A stretch of DNA of 64,000 bases, from the NCBI GenBank assembly GCA_964188305.1, contig OZ076888.1. The stretch is one strand, 5' to 3'. Shown here in pieces: positions 28,000 through 38,275 of this stretch. The notes under the pieces are model-generated. The model made no database searches, was not told the DNA's origin, and saw only the letters and a list, made by a program, of their open reading frames with translations. Position numbers and translations under genes: made by a program. Position 1 is the first letter of the stretch. Each line of letters begins with the position of its first letter. This stretch comes from Podarcis bocagei. Taxonomy: Eukaryota.

Positions 28000-28120
28000 A
28001 AAGTGAGGACCTGTGGTCCTCCAGATGTGGTCACCATCCCTGACAATTGGCCATTCTGGCTGAGGGTGCTGGGAGCTCGAGTCCAGCAACATGTGGTGGG
28101 CCACAGATTGCTAATCCCCA
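28000..28120. mobile_element. Old degenerate hAT hairpin MITE
   Basis: ctgtggtcctccagatgt...acatgtggtgggccacag; related decayed copies at about 40264-40378, 41443-41568, 45740-45840 and 61967-62070. Confidence 0.6.
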
Positions 28121-29399
28121 GATGGCAGAGAAATCGTATTAGGACTCAATCCCTGCAACATCTTTATACCTTATCTGTTCCAGAGGTGTCATTTTTCTTT
28201 GCCACTCTCTCCCTTCTGATCCTGATTGTGTTGTTCTTTTCCACTAGATAATATTAGGGGAAATTGCTTGCAAAAAATGTATACAGTAGGCAATATTTAA
28301 AAAGTGTATATTCCACTTATGTGGTAATGTAAAGAACTGAACTTAAGGTTGAAAAAATTAGAAATGAAGAGAAAGCAAAAATTAACAGATTGAGTTTGAC
28401 AAACAAAAATGATATGAAGTTATAGTCAAGGGACTTACACACCAGGCATAAACTTTATCTTCTCTCCTTCTGTGAGACTGCAAATTAATTGTCTTCTCCA
28501 TCAGAATAATAAAACAGCTCTGGATGAAATGGGATGTTAGTAATAATTATATATTAGCTCCCTTATGCCTTTGCCTGGGTATATTGAATAAATTGGAAAC
28601 AAGATAGTTTATCATCCTCTCTGAATTTTGATGTGCCTGTTCATGGCAGCTAAAGCTTCCCTATTTCTTGTACAAATGCTGGAATGGGTTAGATTTTTCT
28701 GCATATGTGTAAGTGACAAAATGGACTAAATTTCCTGGTAACAAGCAGGTTGATGCTTCCAGCAAAATCTGCAGTAAATTTTAAAGCATCAAACTTTGTG
28801 GTGTGCTTTTAGTGAATTAGTGGGAGTAAAATAACTCTGAGCAAAGTGCTAGTCCATCCTGATCTGCTGGCTGTCTCAACCTCCTTGGGTTTGTTTTGAC
28901 CTAAGGTGGATGTTCTATTAGTGCAAGGATTTCTCCTTGCACAACAGAATGTCACCCCCCCTCTCCTCCTCCCATGCCCCCCTTTATCTGTTCTGGGGGC
29001 TCCCTTAACCTCAAGAGGAGATTCATGGATAGCATAGTGTGCATGTGGGGTGAGACGAGGGGAAAGTCCCATTGTGCTTGAGCTAATCCGTGCACTAGCA
29101 CTTTGATTTAGTTGAATATTGTCTGTAGGCAAAAATGTCCAAGTTGAGTGAGTCTGGAAGGAAATGCTATTCAGGCAGACATTTGTACATATCTGTCTGC
29201 AACCCATAAAGCCAAGAAAACGAAATGAGTATGAGCTGATGTTTGCTGCAAGTGTTGATGCCTAGACATTAGAGGCTGTTGCCACAACAGCAATGCAGGA
29301 GAATGGCCATTTAACTACGTTTATTCATGAACTTTGGCCACCTGAAGCAGCTGCCTCAGCATACCTCATGGGCAGGCCGGCCCTGTTGACAAGCACATA

Positions 29400-29871
29400 C
29401 CGTATTTTTTGCCCTATAGGATGCACCGTCCCATAAGGTGCACCTAGTTTTTTTTTTGGGGGGGAATAAAGGGGGGGAATTATTTTTCCCCAGGTGCGGG
29501 GCTGGGGCAGGGGAAGCCCGAGCTTCCCCCAACCCCAGCCCCCAGAACAGGCAGCTCTCTGCAAGCCGTGGGAGCCCAGCGCCGGCTCCCACTGCTTGCT
29601 GAGAGCTGCGCGAAGCCTGGATGCACTGAGCTCAGTGCGCCCAGGCTTCAGCATGCAGGCAACTCTCCGCAAGCCGCGGGAGCCAGGCGCCGGGCTCCCG
29701 TGGCTTGCGGAGAGCTGCACGAAGCCTGGAGAGCGAGAGGGGTCGGTGCGCACTGACCTCTCTCGCTCTCCAGGCTTCAGCGAAAGCCTGCATTCGCCCC
29801 ATAGGACACACACATATTTCCCCTTCATTTTTGGAGGGGGAAAAGTGCGTCCTATAGGGCGAAAAATACGG
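29400..29871. mobile_element. Tc1/mariner (Tc2/pogo-like) non-autonomous element, GC-rich
   Basis: 27-bp TIR CCGTATTTTT(T/C)GCCCTATAGGA(T/C)GCAC with 2 CpG-type mismatches; TA on both flanks. Confidence 0.92.
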
Positions 29872-30388
29872 TAAGTAAGCATGCGTACTGGAGGCAGTAT
29901 TGCCCCAAAGGATACAAGAGAAGAGGGAATATATTAAGAACAGGTTGTGTTCTGATTTTACCTATGGGCTGAGCGTGGGAAAGTGCTTGTTAGCCCCCTG
30001 ACAGTTATGCTATGGGATTCTGCAGGGCAATGTTTTATCCCCACTTTTGAGACTTATGTGAAAGGTTATTCATACATTAATACTAACCATAATCAGATAA
30101 AGATATCTCACACAGTGCATCCCAGTGAACCTGGTCTTGCCACTGTACCAGTGGACTGAATGCTGTCTCAGCAACCAATCTAGCCCCTTCCTTGTGCTGT
30201 CAGCAGGTTTACACCTTTTGCATTGAAAAAATAATTGTCCAAACTTCATGCTTTTAGCCATTAATTCATCCCTTATTAACTTTCTCAAAGCGCAAAGCTA
30301 ATCCAAGGATGGAGGGCTGCGTGGAGATTTTTTGTGAGAGTGGACTTGTACTGTGCATAGCCAAGTTCTTATTCAAGCTTGCAGACCT

Positions 30389-30415
30389 GGTGTGTGTGTG
30401 TGTGTGTGTGTGTGT
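30389..30415. repeat. (GT)n microsatellite
   Basis: Directly visible. Confidence 0.95.
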
Positions 30416-30663
30416 TTTCCATGTTTCCTCCCAGAGTTCTACCCTGGAGAAGAAACATAACTATTTGGACTGAGAGCACAGAGGCCTTGGTGCTCTAAAA
30501 ATATTACTTGCACCTTCTTGGCCATCATAAGTTCTGCCATCTTGGCAGCTTAACATCTCTCTGAGCAATCAGCCTGGAGCATGGGTTCCAGCTCTTTGTG
30601 TATATAAAATATTTGAAAATATGAACAAGCACTTTGACTCCATGTGTATGAATGAGTGCAGTA

Positions 30664-31256
30664 CAGTGGTGCCTCGCAAGACGAAATTAATTCGTTCCGC
30701 AGGTTTTTTGTTCTTGCGAGTTTTTCGTCTTGCGAAGCACGGTTTCCCATAGGAATGCATTGAAAATCAATTAATGCGTTCCTATGGAAACCGCTTGCCA
30801 GGCTGGCGGTGCGGAGAAGGGCTTTTCTCCCCACCGCAAGCCTTCAGGACAGGTACGGGAACAGAGGGGAAGGGGCGCAGCGCTTCTCCTCTGTTCCCGG
30901 GGCTTGCGGTGGGAGGAGGGTTTTTCCTCCCCATCGCCAACATTCAGAACAGCATTCTGAATGTTGGCGGTGGGAAGGAAAACCCTCCTCCCACCGCAAG
31001 TCTTCAGGACAGCCATCCGAAGGCTGGCGCAGGGAGAAGGGCTTTCCGCCCCACCGCCAGCCTTCGGAGGAGGTCCGAGGACAGTGGGGAAGAAGCGCTG
31101 CGCTTCCCCGCTGTCCCAGAGATTTCCCTATGGGCTTTCGTCTTGCGAAGGAAGCCCATAGGGAAATTCATTTTGCGAAGCGCCTCCAAAACGGAAAACC
31201 CTTTCGTCTAGCGGGTTTTCCGTCTTGCGAGGCGTTCGTCTTGCGGGGCACCACTG
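30664..31256. mobile_element. Tc1/mariner (Tigger-like) non-autonomous element, family B
   Basis: TIR CAGTGGTGCC(T/C)CGCAAGACGAA, TA on both flanks, subterminal copies of TTCGTCTTGCG, CpG-rich. Confidence 0.93.
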
Positions 31257-32169
31257 TACATCTCTAACTGAATCTCAGCAGTCTAGGAAGTATGTTCCTG
31301 GCAGCAGTGGCAATCACAGCTGCCACTGAATGCCATTTTTTCATGAATGCTAGATCAGGACCATAATGAGAGGCAAAAGATTAAAGCCCTGCTACCCTCC
31401 ATGCTAGAGTCCCTTTCTGGTATGGGTGTGGGGGCAGAATCAGCAGTTTCCTTTGGGAAATGTGGGCGTGGTTTGCCCTAGCAACCTGACAAAACCCACC
31501 ACTGAGGCCCGTCCTGGATCTGGGAATCACCATGTTCATTTGCTAGAATTTCCCCCTTTTTAGGGGAAATGGGCTGCCATTTTAATTTCCCAGAATGCCA
31601 TGAAGCTACAGTACATTGGGAACATTATGGGGAATTGAATTGGAGTCTCCTTGATTCCACTGTGTGAAGCTGCCCAGCATTCCTGCTTCTGCCGTCGCCG
31701 CAAGATAGACAAATTGGTATTTCTCTGATGCACAGACATATAACCCATGCTGCTCCTTGCGTATGGAGCCTCATTTAGGTCAAAAATATGAGAGGAAGCC
31801 TTTTGTTTTGTATACTTCTTGGCTGCTGTTTAATGTCTCTCTCTTTGTTGTGTGTATATGAGATCTGTTCTCTTGCTAGGGTGTTTACAATATACAATAC
31901 AATTCCCTTCATTTGAACAGATTGGAGGAATGGGTGTGGGGTGGGCTGCCTCCAGGAACATTCAGATAGCAGTCACTGGTGCAAACAGGCCTGTTTACAC
32001 AGGGTTATGCACAGGGCTGCAGCAGACCATCCCATGACACTGATAATAGTGGTGGTTGAGAAGAAACTCTAAAACATCTAAGAAACCTCAAGTTTCTTGG
32101 AAGCAGTAAGCGGGATGCACAGAGAAAAGAAGGAACTGCAGCACCACAGATGGCCCTGAGCTGACCATA

Positions 32170-32330
32170 CTGTCCCATTGTTTTCATAGTAGGGCACCTA
32201 CTTTTCATGCAAGAAGTCTCTGGTTCAATCCCTGGCATCTGTAGGTAGCTCTGGAAAATATCTTTGTCTGAGCCCCTGGAGAACTGCTGCCACTCAGTGT
32301 CAACAATGCTGAACCACATGGGCCCGTGGC
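32170..32330 (+). mobile_element. tRNA-derived SINE, degenerate
   Basis: ggttcaatccctggcatct B-box followed by ...gaactgctgccactcagtgtcaacaatgctgaac; related copies at about 34530-34730 (-) and 46775-46920 (+). Confidence 0.6.
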
Positions 32331-32880
32331 CTCCTGTGTTGTACCTCCCCACCCGACGCATTATGAATTGTGGTAGTCAGAGTGGCTTCCACATTTTGCT
32401 CTAGGCACCTTCAAGAAAGTACTGCATTGATGGGCCTCTCGTGCACATGGCAAAACCTTCAGTGCACTGAAGAGCCTGGTTAAAACAACAACACTGTACT
32501 GGAGGGCCACCAGACTTGAAAAGTGGGGATCTTTTGCAGTGTGGAGCCATAATGGGGCTGCACTGCGTATTTGATGGCCTTTGCTGTGAAAATCGGTAGG
32601 CAAAAACACTGCTCCCTACTGAATTACTTATGATAAGGTGTGCGCTAGCATCTTAGCGAGGGTTGCTAGGATACTGTCCCATGTGTGTGGCCTCTAAAAC
32701 AGATTTTTAAAATCTGTTTGAAGTGACCCATTTCTGTGGAGTGCTGTCAGACATGTTGAGCTTGGGTGCCTACAAGGGCTCAGTGAAATTTCAGGCCTGT
32801 TCTAGACCCTTGGATAATGACTGTAGCTCAGTGGGAGGTAGCCATGAATGGTTGCTCTGACATTAAAGCATTGTCTATCA

Positions 32881-32998
32881 CAGGCATAGGCAAACTCGGC
32901 CCTCCAGATGTTTTGGGACTAGCTAACAGGACCAGTGGTCAGTGATGATGGGAATTGTAGTCCCAAAACATCTGGAGGGCTGAGTTTGCCTATGCCTG
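32881..32998. mobile_element. hAT hairpin MITE (same family as 4651, opposite orientation, internal deletion)
   Basis: TIR CAGGCATAGGCAAACTC / GAGTTTGCCTATGCCTG; perfect 8-bp TSD GTCTATCA. Confidence 0.93.
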
Positions 32999-33096
32999 GT
33001 CTATCAAGCCATTTTGATCAGGTTGTATGGATGGGGCAGTTTTCTTCCTACACTTTGTTTCTTTTCAATTGGAGCAATACAGGATTAATGGAAGTA

Positions 33097-33348
33097 CAGT
33101 CATGCCTCGGGTTGAAGTAGCTTCAGGTTGAGCGTTTTCAGGTTACGCTCCGCAGCGACCCGAAAATAACGGAGCGTGTTATTTCCGGGTTTCGTCGCTC
33201 ACTCATGCACAGGCGCTCAAAATGACATCACGCGCATGCGCGGAAGTGGTGAATCGCGACCTGCGCACACACAGACACAGGTTGCTTTCACTTCAGGATG
33301 TGAACGGGGCTCCGGAACAGATCCTGTTCGCATCCAGAAGTACCACTG
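33097..33348. mobile_element. Tc1/mariner MITE family C
   Basis: TA|CAGTCATGCCTCGGGTTG...CATCCAGAAGTACCACTG|TA; degenerate TIR and CpG-rich interior. Confidence 0.8.
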
Positions 33349-33516
33349 TAGTATTTTCTAATGGAGATCAACAGTTGCCTTCCAATGAAAACAAAATCTG
33401 CCTGTGAACTTTATTGGGAATGGTCAGCCCTGCTCAGCTTTTGAGCCAGAAGCTATCACTCCCCCCTTCCTCTCTGCCCATCCTGCCCACCCACTTTACT
33501 GAACTTAATGCTAATC

Positions 33517-33519
<3 letters not shown>

Positions 33520-33557
<38 letters not shown>
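33520..33557. repeat. (AC)n microsatellite
   Basis: Directly visible. Confidence 0.95.
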
Positions 33558-33559
<2 letters not shown>

Positions 33560-33999
33560 CAGAGCTGCATTGGCTGCCAGAACAAAATAGCCAAGGATTC
33601 TGCCATGATTAGCCAAAATCTGACATTGAGTAACGGTCCATTAGAAACAGCTGCCTTTCCTCAGAACGTCTCCTCAATGACCTTGGCATTTTGCAGTGTT
33701 ACATGGGAAGCATTACTTATTTTATTGCCATTTATATCCCCTTAAAAATGGCAAAATCAACATAGCAGATTGCTAAACCAGCAATGGCAAAGAGCTGAAA
33801 CAGTTACTATAAAGTCTAATATTGTCATAAGGTTTGTTTCCAAAGAACAAATGTTGGAACACAGCTTGGACCCCGTTGCCTCCCCTGGCCTATAAAATAG
33901 GGTTCAGGAATGGATTTGGGACTGCTGCTTTCAGTTCTCTGTTAGGATTGCCAATCCCAGACTTTTGAGATGCCTCTTTTCCTTTAAAATGAATGTAAA

Positions 34000-34390
34000 A
34001 AGGGGGAATTTGAATGAGTATGGGATTTGTTCCACCATAGTGGTGTATTAATTTCCTGCCTTTCACCCTAAAGTCCCAGGGTGGGCTACAATTAAAACAC
34101 AATGTTAGAAACAGTGTAAATCAACTTACAATCACAGAAACAAGGCGGGTCCTAAAAATATACATCTCAGGTGTCAAAAGCCAGGGTAAAGAGGTGCATC
34201 TTCAGCATTCACCAAAAGCTGTATAATGAAGACAGCAGATAGGCCTCTGTGGCAGCAGAGGTCCACAGTTTAGGGGCTGCCACTGACAATGTCTTTTCTT
34301 GGGCTGCTACACACCCCTTAAACCTCTGGAACAACTAAGAGGGACCCTCTGCTGATCTTAACTCCCCGGGGTTCTGTAGGGAAGGTCATC
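34000..34390 (-). mobile_element. Degenerate L2-like LINE 3' fragment
   Basis: aaagccagggtaaagaggtgcatcttcagc...ccacagtttaggggctgccactgacaatg resembles the reverse complement of an L2 ORF2 end. Confidence 0.5.
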
Positions 34391-35233
34391 TGCACCTGGT
34401 ATAAATTGACCCCATGATGCCTCTTTATGTTCCAGTTTAACACTCACATCTTGGATGGCTAAGCTCCTGTTGCAGGGACATTAGCCTGTGCATCTCCTTG
34501 CTGAGACGGAGGCCAAAGCTGTTCTTTAGGTACATAGGAAGCTGCCTTATACCATTGCATCTGGTCCAGCATTGCCTATTTAGTCTGCCTGTCAATGGCG
34601 TTGCAGGGTCACTGACAGAGATCTTCTTCACGTTACCTTTTACCTGATCCTTTTAAACTGCAGATACCAGGGACTGAATTTGAGTCTTTCAGCGCACAGA
34701 ACCTATGCTCTGCCGCTGTGCTTTGGAGCCTTCTCTCTTTGTCACTCTGTTTCTTCGTCACACCTGATGCCATGCTCATTCTGTTCATTTGAATTTTTTT
34801 CTTTTTTTAAGTATGCAATTACGTGTGTCATGGCGATTGTTTCCATGTAAACAGAAATAAGTGAGTGCCGGGCAACAGAAGCACAATGTGTGATTGATGT
34901 GTTTAGAGCAAACAGAATGCAGATACTGCTCACAGGGTGTTTTGACGCAAACCTCTGGTCTTCTGAGCCTTGGGTATGACAGCTATTTCTCACTCCACAG
35001 CTCAGATATCTAGAATAACACGCATCTCAATACTTGCAGTTCCACCAGGCCCCGTGTCCCAGCCACAGGGGCTTCTTGGTAGCCAAAAAAGGAGCTGTGC
35101 GAAGCAGCATGGGTGGGTATCTTACCAAATAACAATGATGCCAGCAGTTCAAATCCCTAGTTAGGATTCCAGGCTCTTGCCCAGAATTGCTAACTAGCGA
35201 ATGTCAATGCCAAATCTTACTATTTTATATGTA

Positions 35234-35481
35234 CAGTCGTACATCTGGTTACATACTTACCGGTAATTTGTTCCGGAGGTCCGTTCTTAACCTGAAACTG
35301 TTCTTAACCTGAAGCACCACTTTAGCTAATGGGGCCTCCCGCTGCCGCTGCGCTGCTGGAGCACAATTTCTGTTCTCATCCTGAAGCAAAGTTCTTAACC
35401 AGAGGTACTATTTCTGGGTTAGCAGAGTCTGTAACCTGAAGTGTCTGTAACCTGAAGTGTATGTAACTCAAGGTACCACTG
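35234..35481. mobile_element. Tc1/mariner MITE family A
   Basis: TA on both flanks; body matches the copies at 8103 and 19781, same orientation. Confidence 0.9.
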
Positions 35482-36059
35482 TATAATGTGTTGGTTTATT
35501 TATAACCCACTTCTTTCTCTGTGTAGGTCAGGGTTGCCAACCATGTGCCCACAGGTTCCATGGTGCCCAGAAAGGCTTTCACTGGTGCCCCTGGGCAGGT
35601 GACCAATACTCTGAGCTTTCAGGGGGAAAATAGCTAAGTCTTGCCCTCCCAGCAAGAAAGTTGTGAGATAAAAAGTGCAAATACTTTCTGAGCAATTTTG
35701 GTGAAATGAGAGTCAATGTAGTTTGGTGACCTTGTGTATTTTTTCCTGATACTGAGGAATGCCCTCTGTTGCTTTTAGACAGCGACAGCCTCAGTGTGGG
35801 TTTCTCTCTCTCTTTCTGTGTGCGTCTAAGTATTGTGTGATTTCCATAGCCATGACTAGCAGGACATAGCTGTCTTTCCATGGTATGCATAAGGTTGTCA
35901 GGGCTGGTTCTCTCAAATTTTATATTATGCTACGTTCCATCCCTAGAGTAGCCATTTTATGACCGGCGCTCCCAGCACTCTTTAAACATTCAAAATGTTG
36001 CCACTAGTCCAAATAGGTTGGTGACCTATAGATGGTTCTCTTTCTCCCACTTTCTCCTA

Positions 36060-36195
36060 ATAATAACCCTCTGAGGTAGGATAGGCTGGGAGAGAGACTG
36101 CTCCAGAAACAATCAGTGAGTTTGTGGCTGAGCAGTTGTTGCGGCAGCGATTTGAACCTGGGCCTCTCCGATCACTATGTCACACTACCTCTCAG
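36060..36195 (-). mobile_element. MIR-like tRNA SINE fragment
   Basis: aataaccctctgaggtagg...gatttgaacctgggcctctcc...cacactacc. Confidence 0.55.
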
Positions 36196-36237
36196 TAAAA
36201 AACTGAAACTATACCAGCATTTCACTTCCTTCTGCAG

Positions 36238-36384
36238 GTTCTACTCTCCTGGCTGAGCGACTGGGCCCCTCTGCACCAAGCTCACCCACCTCATCTCCAA
36301 ACTCTCCCTCCGTCCTCTGCAGTGGCATTTCTGATCCCATTCTGAGTACATGTGGATCTGGCCCACTTGGCAGCTCACTCAGTG
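36238..36384 (+). CDS. NEURL1: NEURL1 coding exon (Ser/Pro-rich linker; likely exon 5), missed by the ORF track
   Basis: Acceptor ttcacttccttctgcag|GT and donor AGTG|gtaagt; 147 nt, phase 1-1. Translates (G)[48 protein letters not shown]. Confidence 0.95.
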
Positions 36385-36654
36385 GTAAGTACTTCTACAG
36401 CACCAAACTATACCCCTTCCAGCCTCAATTACTGCATCTCGTCAGAGCCCTTCCTAAATTCATTTTCCTTTCCTGCCCCAAGAAGTGCAGGAGCTGCACT
36501 TTGGGGCAGGCTTCAATCTCTGCTCATTTGCCATTGCAAAATTCCTCTCCTCTTTTCTTTGTTTTAAAAGTGATTTTAGATTTTATAATGGTGCAGTATT
36601 GGTGATATTTTGTTGTTTTAATATAATTTTGTAAGCTTCCGAGAAAGCTGTTCA

Positions 36655-36922
36655 ACAGTGGAATGGATTCTCTCCTTCCTTGGAGAGGTTGGATGGCCAT
36701 CTGTCGTGGATGCTTTAGTTGAGACACAAATCTAGGTGCAAGCCATGTTGGTTCTTCCTCCACAGTTGGCAGCAGTAATGTTTCTGGAATACCAGTTGTG
36801 GGAAACTGCCGGAAGGAAGGGTGACCTTGTGTTTGGGTGCTGCTTGCAGGTTTCCCACAGGCATCTAGGTGGCCACCGTGGGAACAGGATGCTGGACTGA
36901 TCCAGGAGGCTTTCTTATGTTT
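36655..36922 (+). mobile_element. CR1-related 3' fragments
   Basis: gaggttggatggccatctgtcgtggatg and ggcatctaggtggccaccgtgggaacaggatgctggact...ttcttatgtt. Confidence 0.55.
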
Positions 36923-38033
36923 GTACTTGAATTTTGATGAGTGGACCCCAATGATCAGACACACTGCCTGCCACTGTTTATCCCTTGCACATAAACAAGG
37001 CCTGACTTACACTAAGCTTGTGCTTAGGCTTCCATGCACTCGGGACACTGGCAAGCAGGTGTTTGGATCGTGTGAAGCCCTATAAATGTGCAGCTGCTTC
37101 TTCCTTGCAGACAACTACACCAACCACATTGACATCTGTAAGTAGGGCTGGGCCACATGCCCAAGGCCAGAGGCAGGTCCGGAGCCTGTTTCTACTCCTC
37201 TGCAGGCGCAGGATGATACTTTCACACAGATAATGGCTGTAGGGGGCTTTAGAAGTGGCCTTGTGGCAAATTATTGTTCTCTAGAAATTTATCAATGCCC
37301 AGTGTTCATCACTTTGCAGAGATACCCTCCACCCCAACAGACCAATGAGACAGTTATCTGGAGATGCAGTTTTGTACTTCTGTTCTTACAGACACGGACA
37401 GAGAACCAAATCCACTTATGGGAGAAAAGTAACATTTCTGCTATTGCATGTTTGTGTGCAGGTCACACATTCAAATCCAATTTATATGCCCAACAAACCC
37501 CCAGACTCCGAGACTAGACTATATTGCACTAATTTGGCACAAATTGATTTTGCTTCCAAGATCCAAGCCATCGGTGACTTTGGAATATATTTGACGCTGA
37601 CCGAGAGGTGGATGGATGAAAAGACTACAGGAGCCAGGGAAATGTACTAGCAGTAGGGGGAGGATGCCACGTTCTGAAGTCCTTATTGCGCTTCTGTACT
37701 GGTATTCCAGCATCCTATCGAGTCATGGCTGGCCATCACATTTTAGTAGAAACTGCAAGGGGGGGGGAGGGATAATCTTGACCTCTGCAGGAAATTGAGT
37801 ACATTGAGTGACATATTGGAACCCATGAATGGTCCATCTGGCACAGTATTGGCCATCCTGATAGTGGTCAGACAGATGCATCTGGGAGTTACAGAATTGG
37901 GGTGTGGGGTGATGTTCTCTCTCTCATTGTCAACCTCTAGAATATGATATGTTGGACCAGCAATCTTATTTTTGATATCCCTGGGGAGAGATGACGACAT
38001 ATAAAAAGAGTGACAGCATTTCTTGTATTGCAG

Positions 38034-38275
38034 GCACAGCTCCAAACTCTCCCGTCAGCATGCCAGAGTCCCCCCTTTCCCCCTCCATCTCAGGGTCCTG
38101 GAATGACGAGTGCACCATCTGCTATGAGAACATGGTAGATACCGTGATTTACTCCTGTGGACATATGTGTCTGTGCTACACCTGCGGGCTCAAACTCAAG
38201 AAGATGGCCAATGCCTGTTGTCCTATCTGCAGACGTGCCATCAAGGACATCATCAAGACCTATCGCAGCACCTAG
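38034..38275 (+). CDS. NEURL1: NEURL1 terminal coding exon (C3HC4 RING)
   Basis: Acceptor tttcttgtattgcag|GC. Translates (G)[13 protein letters not shown]...[26 protein letters not shown]...[19 protein letters not shown], ending in TAG. Confidence 0.97.

Noticed and set aside
29325-31267. Several 120-185 aa ORFs
   Set aside because: By-products of GC-rich palindromic MITEs; no transposase motifs.
32137-32158. REST/RE1-like motif GCAGCACCACAGATGGC
   Set aside because: The right half-site (GGACAG) has three mismatches.
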